From Histomonas meleagridis 2922-C6/04-290x (Eukaryota > Protista > Parabasalia): 64,000 bases of DNA. The notes under the pieces are model-generated. The model searched no databases, was not told where the DNA came from, and saw only the letters and a list, made by a program, of their open reading frames with translations. This document shows, piece by piece, positions 44,419 to 54,917 of the stretch; position 1 is the first letter of the stretch, and every line of letters begins with the position of its first letter. The stretch lies in the NCBI GenBank assembly GCA_020184695.1, contig JAANOX010000095.1, forward strand, positions 1 through 64,000, in the 5' to 3' direction. The position numbers and the translations under genes are program-made.

Positions 44419-47400
44419 ATGGGAAATGCATTTAGCAAAATGGAAAAACAAACAAAACACAAGCAAATACTTCATTCTTCTAATAAGTTTATTCAAGATT
44501 TAGAATCTCTTGAAAAAATTATTTTTGAATTAAACGAAGATAACATCAATGATTCCATTAATATGATGATTAATTTAATCAATAATGATGATAATATATC
44601 AACATATTCAAATCTTATTCTAAATAGATTAATTTATTCAGCAATTTTTTCACGAATGCAAGATTTTAGCATTTATATTGAATTCATTAAAAACATTGAA
44701 ATCAAAGAAAGAGAATTCTTTAACAATAATAAATATTTAATTGATTCATTTAAAGAATATCTTTTTAGATTAGAAACACAAGAATCATATTTCATTCTTG
44801 AAAAAATGATTGAAAATGAAATGATTGATCAAAGGTATTTTGATAACATATCATCATTTTGTTCTAGATATTATTACACGAAAGTAAGAGATAATCAATT
44901 TAAAGATGAATTATTTAATTATGACGAACTTTCACAGGAAGATTTTGAATTTCATAAACGATTAATTAAAGAAGGAGTTAATCCAAATGAAATATTGAAA
45001 AATATTCGAAATGATGAAATAGAAAAACTTCAAGAAATAACATCACAAACAAATTTTGACTTTAACCAAATGATTAAACCATCACCCTATGAAAGATGTT
45101 CATTTATAAATGAAGAAGATGTTACATTAATTGATTATGCAGCATTTTTTTCATCTGTTGAATGTTTTAAATTTTTGCTTATGAATGGTGCAAATGTAAA
45201 AAATACAGGTAAATATGCAATTGCAGGTGGAAATGAAGAAATTATTCATTTATGTGAACAAAATCATTCATCATTTGAAAATGCATATGAAGCAGCAATT
45301 ATATATCATCGAAATGATATTTTTAAATATATTTATGAAAATAAAATCGTTGAATATCCTGTTAAAAAATTTCTTGAAATAATTTTAAGTAATAAATTTG
45401 TTAATTTTGAAATATTTAATTTTTATCTTGAAAAAGAAAGAATTGATATTAATAGAAAAATTATATATTCATAATATATCAAAATTATTTTTAATATTTA
45501 ATGATTTAAAATTGATATTGGTAATAATTCAAAATATTTAAAACATTACTTATTTTAGCATCAGAAAAAGGACATTTAGAAATAGTTCAATTTCTTCTTG
45601 AACAAAAAGGAATTAATGTTAATGCTAAAGATATTCATTTGTTTTATTTAAGATTTATCTTAATAATATAATATTTCATAACAATATTTGGAAATTATTT
45701 AAATTATTTAAGACTGCGTTTATATATTCTATTGAAGAAGAACACGTGGAAATAGTAAAATTATTTCTGAAACAAAGCAAACTTGATATGAATAAAAAAG
45801 ATATTTATATACTTTATTTAAAATTTATTATAATAATATGATCTCTCCTAACAATATTTGGAAATAATATAAAATATTTAAAACAGCACTTTTTAGAGCA
45901 TCTGAAAATGGCTATACAGAAATAGATAAATTACTTCTTGAACAAGAAGGAATTGATATTAATGCTAAAGATATTTATTTGTTTTATTTAAAATTTATTT
46001 TAATAATTTTATATTTCAAAATAATATTTGGAAATTATTTAAATTATTTAACACAGCACTTATGTTTGCATCTAGAAATGGTCATACAAAAATAGTTAAA
46101 TTACTTATTGAACAAGAAGGAATTGATATTAATGCTAAAGATATTTATTTGTTTTATTTAAAATTTATTTTAATAATTTTGGACTATTTCAAAATAATAT
46201 TTGGAAATTATTTAAATTATTTAGAACAGCACTTATGTTTGCATCTTTAAATGGTCATACAGAAATTGTTAAATTACTTCTTGAACAAAAAGGAATTGAT
46301 ATTAATGTTAAAAATATTTATTTGTTTTATTTAAAATTTATTTTAATAATTTAATATTTCAAAATAATATTTGGAAATTATTTAAATTATTTAATATAGC
46401 ACTTATTGAAGCATATGAAAAAGGTAATACAGAAATAGTTAAATTACTTCTTGAACAAGAAGGAGTTGATGTTAATGCTAAAGATAATATTTATTCAAAA
46501 AATATCAAATATTATTTGAATATTTGGAAATTATTTAAATCATTTAATACTGCACTTACTTGTGCATCAGCAAGAGGTTATACAGAAACAGTTAAATTAC
46601 TTCTTGAACAAGAAGGAATTGATATTAATGCTAAAGATAAAATAAATTTAAATAATTTGATATTTCAAAATAATATTTGGAAATTATTTAAATTATTTAT
46701 GACAGCTCTCATAATAGCAACTAAAAATGGTGATACAGAAATTGTTAAATTACTTCTTGAACAAAAAGGAATTGATATTAATGCATTTGATTTTTCATTG
46801 TTTTTATTAAAATTTATTAAAACAATATTTTATTCAAATTTAAAATTTGGAAATCATTAAAATTATTTAACGAATCACTTATATATGCAATTGAAAATTG
46901 TGACATAAGAATAGTTAAATTACTTCTTGCACAAAAAGAAATTAAGATTAATACTATAATCATACATTTGTTTTATATAAAATATATTTTAATAGCTTGA
47001 TATTTTTGATTAATATATGGAAATTACAAAAAATATTTCAAACACCACTTATGGTTGCATCTAAAAAAGGTTATATAGAAATAGTTAAATTACTTCTCCA
47101 ACAAAAAGAAATTGATGTTGATGCGAAAGATATTTATATATTTTAATTTTTGTTTGTTTTAATAATTTTTTATTTCTAAACAATATTTGGAAATCATAAA
47201 AATAATTTAAAACAGCATTTTTATCAGCAATTCAATGTGGTCAATATGAAATCCTTAAAATATTTCTTGAACAAAAAAAAGGAATTTGTCTTGCTAATAG
47301 AGATATTTATATTTTTTATAAATAATTTAATAAAATAATCTCGAATTTCAATGTGATAATTGGAAACTATTTTTGATATTTAATACACCGCTTATAATAG

Positions 47401-47975
47401 AAACGCAAAGAGGTCATATAGAAATAGTTAAATTACTTATTGAACAAGAAGGAATTGATATTAATGCAAAAAATATTTATTAATTCTATTTATAATTTAT
47501 ATGAATTATATGATATTTAAAAATAATATTTGGAAATTATTTTTAATATTTAATACACCACTTCTCATAGCATCTCAAAATGATCAGACAGAACTAGTTA
47601 AATTACTTCTTGAACAAGAAGGAATTGATATTAATGCTAAAAATATTTATTTGTTTTATTTAAAATTTATTTTAATAATTTGATATATCAAAATAATATT
47701 TGGAAATTATTTAAATTATTTTGGACAGCACTTATGTTAGCATCTTCAAAAGGTCATACAGAAACAGTTAAATTACTTCTTTGTAAAAATAATATTGATG
47801 TAAATACTAAAAATTTTTTTTTAATCTAGTTAAAGTTTAGCTAAAATATTTGATATATTAAAAATGTATTTGGGAATTATTTAAATTATATGAAACAGCA
47901 CTTAGTTTAGCAGTTAAAAAAAATTACACAGAAATCATTAAAATGCTTGAAGAAAAAGGTGCTAAATTCGAGTAA
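44419..47975 (+). CDS. DUF3447-type protein with 15 ankyrin repeats, 856 aa after removal of 58 17-nt spacers
   Basis: Starts MGNAFS (myristoylation-like). VTLIDYAAFFSSVECFKFLL...YAIAGGN domain. 3557-58x17=2571 nt = 857 codons with no internal stop, ending EEKGAKFE-TAA. Confidence 0.85.
45463..47894 (+). other. Fifteen linkers made of 17-nt spacers alternating with single codons; about 170-nt period
   Basis: Linkers at 45463-45542, 45633-45712, 45803-45882, 45973-46052, 46143-46225, 46316-46395, 46486-46548, 46639-46701, 46792-46871, 46962-47041, 47132-47211, 47305-47384, 47475-47554, 47645-47724 and 47815-47894, each between 90-nt (one 93-nt) stop-free ankyrin segments. Confidence 0.93.
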
Positions 47976-48647
47976 ATTCTAATAAAGAAAATGAATGGAA
48001 GTGGTTCAATGATTTTTTGATGACACATCGAATTTGACAAATTCATATATATGAATAGGTTTAACATATATCGAATTTTAAAGATTTTTATAATATTTGA
48101 TTTTTGAAGTAAATTGTTAAAATTAATACGAATAAAAAATTTAATTATTTATTGTAAATGTTGAGAAGCACAAAGAATCTTTTGTAATTACAACAACATT
48201 TCGACTTACAACAATATTTGAGTCGTATTGTGCTTTTCATTTTTGTAACTGGCTCTAAAAAAGTTCAATTGATGTTGCAGCATTAAATCACCAAAATAAA
48301 ATTAGCAAAATCTCTATGTGTGTATTAGTTATTTGGGGTTTTGTCCTATTTTTATTGACGCCAACCCATTTCAATAATCATCTTGCAATGTGTGAGCGTC
48401 ATCTTCTAAACCTTGGGAATTGTCTGTAATCTGCTCACTATTGAGGGACATAATTTTCTTTTTGTCATTATTATCTACATATTATATAATATTAAGTTTT
48501 CTATTCGTCGGTCTATTGTGTGCTTTACTCATACGATCCACTTCTAATTTTAAATAATTAATCAAATTTCATGCAAAAATTATCATTTTCTTCATCTTTC
48601 AATCCTTTTAAACAACTTTAAGTACTGTTGTATAAATTAAATTTTAT

Positions 48648-50210
48648 TTATTTATTCCAGAACTTAATAACGCCAGACTTATCACCCGACACGAGCAGCC
48701 CCGTCTGTGGCTTAATCGCTATACAAAACACCGGTGCCGTATGACCCTTAATTGAACTTTTCAACGAGAAATCCTCCAAATCGTAATCATATATTTCTCC
48801 GTTTGTGCTTCCGCATATAGCCGAGTTCTCGTACAAGCACATTTGCATCTTCTCGGACGGCAGCCCCGACTTTTCGATGCTCACTCTTCCCGCGACTGCC
48901 TTTGCCCTTAAGTCGGACACTGCTATTCTTTTGTCGACGCCCAACGACACCAACTTCATCGATCCTCTTGTTCCGATCACTTGGATCGCCTTTGCCTTAT
49001 GCGCCTTGATCTCGATTGGCGAGCCGTGCGTTCGGAAGTCCCAACACCTTAATTTCCCGTCGTGGTGCGCGGTCACAACCATAGATTCTCCCTGGATCAC
49101 CGCTATCGAGTATGGGATACTACTACTCGTGATGGTCGATATCGCAGACGCCTTTTTGACGTCATATAATTTAATGGTTCGGTCCCTGCAACATGTCACG
49201 AGTCGATCATCTGCAGCAAACATTGCATCCGATACGCAGTCTCTGTTTTCGGTGATGTTCAACGCTAAATTAAATGAAGGAACGCGATAAACTCGAATCC
49301 CTGAGTCATACGAAGCAGTGCACAATAATTGATCATTTGGTGAAAATGTCGCGGCCATAATACTTTGCTTAGCATCTGTAATCCGAGAGACTTGTGAATA
49401 GTTTTCGGTGCTGATGATGTTAACGATGGAATCTTCACCGCCTGAGACTACATATGAAGATGTGTTTGCAAAGGAAATACTGGTGATGGGGCCTGAGTGT
49501 CGATTGGACGTGTTCCCGTCATGAAGGTATTTGAGGATGTCAACATTTTCCACAACTATCGACTTCTTATTACTTTTGGTGGTCGACCGTGGAATTGGTG
49601 CTTTGGTAACTGGTACTAAATTGACGTCATGAGGCTTGTGGTCGGTGGTAAACGCATCGTTACGTAACTCAACTTCGCGTTCTTTAAGATGCATTAACTT
49701 ATTGATAAGTTGCTCTTCTTCTAACGAAGAACGGGCATAACTGCTGGTAATGTCATCAAGTACTGTAACTAACGCTTGATGGTTTTCGCTCTGCTTTTTG
49801 ATCTCTTGTTCAAGTTGTGTGATGTTATTTTGAAGTTGTGATTCTTGGACTGAAAGTTTTTTGTTTTTGGCTATTAATGGGTTCGCTATAAGTTCGAGTT
49901 CTTCGATTTTGGTGTTGAGTTGTTTTTCTTGGTTTTTATGAATAATTAGTTCTTCATTTGACTCTGTGATTGTTTGATTAATAGAAGCAACTTCACGACT
50001 AAGTTTCCCAATTTCACTGTTGGAAATAAACTCTTGTTTTAGTCTGTCGAGTTTGTCTGTAAGACCTTTGACCTCTGTTTGAAGAGAATAATATTTGGGA
50101 TATTTTTCGATTAATATATTAGTTATTTGAACTGACGATTGCCAGTCTTCAAGGCCTGATGATATCTTTTGCGCCCTTGTGAGGTTGCTTAGTATTGAAG
50201 CAAAATCCAT
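48648..50210 (-). CDS. ATG16L/TipD-like coiled-coil plus WD40 protein
   Basis: N-terminal coiled coil, then about seven WD40 repeats (HSGPITSISF, DRTIKLYD, TAHHDGKLRCWD, GHTAPVFC). Confidence 0.75.
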   Translation of the reverse strand: MDFASILSNLTRAQKISSGLEDWQSSVQITNILIEKYPKYYSLQTEVKGLTDKLDRLKQEFISNSEIGKLSREVASINQTITESNEELIIHKNQEKQLNTKIEELELIANPLIAKNKKLSVQESQLQNNITQLEQEIKKQSENHQALVTVLDDITSSYARSSLEEEQLINKLMHLKEREVELRNDAFTTDHKPHDVNLVPVTKAPIPRSTTKSNKKSIVVENVDILKYLHDGNTSNRHSGPITSISFANTSSYVVSGGEDSIVNIISTENYSQVSRITDAKQSIMAATFSPNDQLLCTASYDSGIRVYRVPSFNLALNITENRDCVSDAMFAADDRLVTCCRDRTIKLYDVKKASAISTITSSSIPYSIAVIQGESMVVTAHHDGKLRCWDFRTHGSPIEIKAHKAKAIQVIGTRGSMKLVSLGVDKRIAVSDLRAKAVAGRVSIEKSGLPSEKMQMCLYENSAICGSTNGEIYDYDLEDFSLKSSIKGHTAPVFCIAIKPQTGLLVSGDKSGVIKFWNK

Positions 50211-50631
50211 TTTGAGTTTGACGAAAAGTGCCTAAATTTATATCGTTGTTATCAAAAAGTCATGAAAAAAAATGGTTGTAAATATTAAATAAACGGCACT
50301 ACATTCAATTGAAATTTGAAGGTTGCGAGACCTTATATAAAATTTTGAATGAAAGCGTTCAGGAAATTGAAATTTGGTGTCATTTTTTAATATTAAAATT
50401 GAATGTATGGTAAAGTGCTATGAGCAAATAGTAGATAATAGCTCGCAAATAAAAATGGCTATATCATACAAGCAACATCAATTATAGAAACTACATTAAA
50501 TTTCAGAGATGCTATAAACAAAATAAGGTGTCTGCTCAAAGCACTAGATTATATGATAAAAATTAAACAAAAGATTAAAAGATATTTATATTTATAGATA
50601 CTTCTTTGATTTAAAATTACATCGTTTATCC

Positions 50632-50740
50632 TCAATTTGTTGCATCCATTTCTTCAAGCATCTTAATGATTTCTGTATATTTTCTTTTATGTGCCCATTT
50701 AAGTGCTGTTTGGAATAATCATTAAATCTGATTTCAAAAC
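50632..50740 (-). pseudogene. Orphan terminal ankyrin repeat with remnant 17-nt spacer
   Basis: QTALKWAHKRKYTEIIKMLEEMDATN* resembles the last repeat at 47895-47975. Upstream gttttgaaatcagattt matches the spacer at 28158-28174 at 15/17 nt. Confidence 0.65.
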
Positions 50741-50884
50741 AAGAAATTATAAATTATAAATCAATTGATTCTCATTTAAATTGCTTTGATTTTGCAAAAC
50801 ATTATATTTTATTGATAACAGAGCCGAATCACATTTGTTTCCCATGAACAAAAATTGATTTTATGGGGAAAGAATTGAAAAAAA

Positions 50885-50957
50885 TGGGACTCCGCGGACT
50901 CGAACCACGTACCTCACGATCTTCAGTCGTGTGCTCTCCCAGGTGAGCTAGAGTCCC
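50885..50957 (-). tRNA. tRNA-Phe (GAA)
   Basis: GGGACTC acceptor stem, D arm TAGCTCACCTGGGAGAGC, anticodon loop CTGAAGA, GTTCGAGTC T loop; 73 nt. Confidence 0.96.
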
Positions 50958-51156
50958 TTGTTAATATCCAGAAAAATATATAGTTTGTGAATTTAAAAAA
51001 TGATCTAATTCTCATCATCAGGTTTTGAATTGAGTTTATTTCAAGAAATCCAACGAGTTGAACAAAAAAAGAGACTTTAGCTATTACTACGACAATTTCC
51101 TCTCAGACCTACCAGCTGAGGATGCAGAAGCAGTGTTTAACCAAGTTGAGCGTTTA

Positions 51157-52143
51157 ATGTCCGAAAAACATCTTACTCGAGAAGAAGCAATTAAAATTTT
51201 CTTTAAAAAATATGCTTCACCGGAAACCATTCCATTAAATGTATGGATGGAAATTGATGAAGAAAAGGAGCAAGAAGAGGAAGAATATGATGATTTTGAC
51301 CCCGAAGAATATGATTATGATGACTTTGAAGAATATGATGATTTTGACTCAGACTCCGACATACCAATTCCCACCAAACACAATCGGAAGCAAGTCCGCT
51401 TTAATACATATCAACATGTTTCCAAAGCCGGTGCTAATATTGAGTTATGGCCTCTTCGTAAGTTCAAAGCATCCAAGCCAATATCAGCGGAAGATGCTGT
51501 TCATACCGAGTTTCCCAATGTCAGTCCAATTATCACACACGAAGAATTCCAAGAACTTGTTAATCATACTATATATCATTATCTTGACCACATTACATTT
51601 GATTCGATTCGGCGACTAATTCCTGAGAACACGCAAGCCATAATTCTTGATCCTCCTCTTAACGAAGGCTTTCCACTTTCTGAGCTTGATAATTTTTTTA
51701 CTTTTTTTTCTAAGGTGCTTATTAAATCGTTTATCTTTGTTTGGATTGATGCTGAGCATTTCCAAAGCGTCAATTATTCTGCTGCTAAAGCTGAGCTTAA
51801 GTTTTGTGATTCGCTTGTTGTTGAGCTATTTAATAATAAGTTTGAGCCTGTGTCGATTCCCGGAAAATTCGGACTTATGCATAGCTCGCGAATGATATTC
51901 ATATATTCGACAAAAGAGTTTCATCAACAAGAATTCGCGCAACAGCGTTCAAGAGACGTCGGATATGGAATATGTCGCCCATGCGGCAAAAGTCGCGGGA
52001 GGTATTCGACGCCGCAAGTGCCGCATGAAGTGATAGAGAAAATGCTGCCGTACGCACCGGGAAAGGAAAGAGTCTTCGTGGAGATTTGGCCTTCGAGGAT
52101 GGCGCCAAGGAGAAATTGGATATTTATAGATGAGAAATGTTAA
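51157..52143 (+). CDS. MT-A70-family (adenine methyltransferase-like) protein
   Basis: AIILDPPL...FIFVW...STPQVPHEVIEKMLP...FVEIWPSR...RRNWIFI follows the MT-A70 motif order. Acidic N-terminal tract. Start uncertain (frame open from 51058). Confidence 0.6.
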   Translation: MSEKHLTREEAIKIFFKKYASPETIPLNVWMEIDEEKEQEEEEYDDFDPEEYDYDDFEEYDDFDSDSDIPIPTKHNRKQVRFNTYQHVSKAGANIELWPLRKFKASKPISAEDAVHTEFPNVSPIITHEEFQELVNHTIYHYLDHITFDSIRRLIPENTQAIILDPPLNEGFPLSELDNFFTFFSKVLIKSFIFVWIDAEHFQSVNYSAAKAELKFCDSLVVELFNNKFEPVSIPGKFGLMHSSRMIFIYSTKEFHQQEFAQQRSRDVGYGICRPCGKSRGRYSTPQVPHEVIEKMLPYAPGKERVFVEIWPSRMAPRRNWIFIDEKC

Positions 52144-52171
52144 GTTTGTGTAATGTAAAATATAATTTTGA

Positions 52172-52673
<502 letters not shown>

Positions 52674-52946
52674 TTTTTTATTTTTATTTTATTTTTTTTT
52701 TTTTAAGATAAAAAATTTTCTTTGTTATTTAATTTATACTTTTTTATATGTAATTTACAGAAAGCAAATCAAATGTCGTATAAAGTAATATATAAGTCTT
52801 AATCTGATTTATATCATTCATGGAAATTTGCCCAAATTAATTAAGCTCTTTTAACTAATTAAATATTATTTATTAATCAACTGAATAAATTATTTCACAT
52901 GAGATGTCACATAGACAACAGATAATATTAATAAATATTGTGTTGA

Positions 52947-52948
<2 letters not shown>

Positions 52949-52980
<32 letters not shown>
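52949..52980. repeat. (TA)16 microsatellite
   Basis: Read directly from the sequence. Confidence 0.95.
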
Positions 52981-52983
<3 letters not shown>

Positions 52984-53137
52984 AGCAAACTTTAAAAGAG
53001 AAAAATCACATTAATATTTGATTAGTAACATCGAAAACATATCAATTAATTTCACATGAAAATTTTTTTCTTAGTTCAAAACACATAAAATTCATATACA
53101 AACGAAAACATTTTATTAAACACATTCAAACATTAAA

Positions 53138-54277
53138 CTATTCGAACTTTGCGTAATCCTCAACGAAAAAGTAATTTCTCAGCACGTCGACAATGAAAAG
53201 CACTATCAGCAAAGCAATCATTGCCAAGCATATTACCAGCACGTAATACTTCAGCCCTCCCTCGCTGTACACCTGTCTCACCAACGCGAAGAACTGATTT
53301 CCTGGTCCATTCCATTTCACTTTTTTATCATCGAATTCATTTATCCATTCGATGATTAATGAAATGTTTTTTATGTTGTAAGGGCAAAGAGACCATTTTT
53401 GTTTATGCAAATTAATGACTATAATTTGCGGAAGTTGATTGAAATTAATCCCAACAAACTTCGAAAACGTTTTATAGTCGTTATAATTCACGTAATAAAA
53501 TGGAAATTTGCAATTGTTGATGAATATATTTAAACAATTTATATATTGGGTGGAGTTATTAATGAATGTTATGATGAAATTCGATTTTAATTGTCTCATT
53601 TCATCATAAATTGTGTCTGTAAATGGACCGAAAATTGGAGAAATGTTTCGTCGAATGAAATCATTTAGAGATGTTAATGACCAATCTCCTTCATAATATG
53701 TGATGTTGATTGGTGAGCGATAAACATAAAATTGTTCTGATGTAAATGAATGAATTGCAAAAAAATAACTTGTCGAATTACGATATGAAAAAATGGATTG
53801 CTTCAATTGCTGTAGTGTGGATTCATTATTGAAATGAAGAATAAAAAGAGAAGAAGAATTGGTTAGCTTCAAATATGGAGTGAGATCATTGGTGGAATTT
53901 AATATATGAAATGGAAAATGAAGTTGCTTCTCAATAAATGAATCTATTGATGATGGTTGCATAACTCCATCATATTCAGTATGAGTAAGTGTTTGTGTAT
54001 CAAAATAAAGAACTTCTGGATAACCATTAACAGACTTACTAAGGCAAAATCGTTTATGCTCCAAACAATTAGTTTCCGCAAAAATAACATTGTCTTTGAA
54101 TTTGGAATTTTCAATAAGATAAACCCATTTTGGTTGAAATTCTTTGCAATGTGAACACCATGGATCATAAAATTTGACAACATATGGTTTGCCATTAGAT
54201 GACTTCATTAATTCATCAAAGTTATTGGAATTCATTGTTAACAATGAATTAATAAGAGAAAAAAAGGAAAGAAACAA
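53138..54277 (-). CDS. Thioredoxin/PDI-like protein with C-terminal TM helix (TMX3-like)
   Basis: VVKFYDPWCSHCK active site, further thioredoxin-like folds, C-terminal hydrophobic helix; first in-frame ATG at 54235. Confidence 0.85.
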   Translation of the reverse strand: MFLSFFSLINSLLTMNSNNFDELMKSSNGKPYVVKFYDPWCSHCKEFQPKWVYLIENSKFKDNVIFAETNCLEHKRFCLSKSVNGYPEVLYFDTQTLTHTEYDGVMQPSSIDSFIEKQLHFPFHILNSTNDLTPYLKLTNSSSLFILHFNNESTLQQLKQSIFSYRNSTSYFFAIHSFTSEQFYVYRSPINITYYEGDWSLTSLNDFIRRNISPIFGPFTDTIYDEMRQLKSNFIITFINNSTQYINCLNIFINNCKFPFYYVNYNDYKTFSKFVGINFNQLPQIIVINLHKQKWSLCPYNIKNISLIIEWINEFDDKKVKWNGPGNQFFALVRQVYSEGGLKYYVLVICLAMIALLIVLFIVDVLRNYFFVEDYAKFE

Positions 54278-54409
54278 AAGATTTTAATGACAAAAATAAT
54301 TGCTCAGAATTTTATTGGCAAATTAAAAGTGGAAAATGAAGAATACATGTTTAGGATGAAAATATTAATAATTTTGACCACCTACCAAGGGAGCAAATTG
54401 ACTTTCATT

Positions 54410-54682
54410 TTATTTCTTCAAAAGAATATAAATTGAAAAACAAATTAATATAATAAATCCGCCGTATAGGTTCTTATAATTCTTGCTTTCTTTTTTTGTC
54501 CTCTGTACTTTGATTGAAGATCGCATTAACTCGAGTTTTTGAGATATTTCGTGTATTTCATTATTTAAACGACTGCTTTCACGATCTATTTCGGCAATTT
54601 GTTTTAAACATTCCTGAATTGTTTGCGGGCTTTCTTTTGCTGGAGCTTTATTATTATTTTGTTTTTCTCTTTTTTCTTCCAT
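54410..54682 (-). CDS. Small tail-anchored coiled-coil protein
   Basis: 90 aa, heptad helix then C-terminal TM and KK. Confidence 0.6.
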   Translation of the reverse strand: MEEKREKQNNNKAPAKESPQTIQECLKQIAEIDRESSRLNNEIHEISQKLELMRSSIKVQRTKKESKNYKNLYGGFIILICFSIYILLKK

Positions 54683-54917
54683 GTGTATTTTAATTGAACA
54701 GGTCTGTTTGATTTGTTCGTAATCAGATCCCTCATAGAATATTTTGAATCAAACGATAATATACGTTTAATTTTTTTATTTTGTTTACTCAGCAATTTCA
54801 TTATGTAGAAAAAAATTGAATATAAAATTGTTTTATGGAAATTCAAATATTTAACGGTCTCAGACAATATTGTGAATATTCACAACCGTAACATTGACAT
54901 AACAAAAATATAAACCA

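Noticed and set aside
45973-46052. Single AT-AC (U12-type) intron per linker
   Set aside because: ATATTT...TTAAC appears in only this linker, removal puts TAL out of frame, and the 5' end lacks the ATATCCTT consensus.
46062-47683. Short ORFs 46062-46250, 46516-46860 and 47501-47683 as independent genes
   Set aside because: They are read-through fragments of the spacer-punctuated ankyrin gene.
45463-47894. Reading the ankyrin array as a CRISPR-like or plain minisatellite array, or as a simple pseudogene
   Set aside because: The conserved blocks are coding ankyrin segments, there are no cas genes in this eukaryotic DNA, and exact 17-nt periodicity with full frame restoration is not expected from neutral decay.
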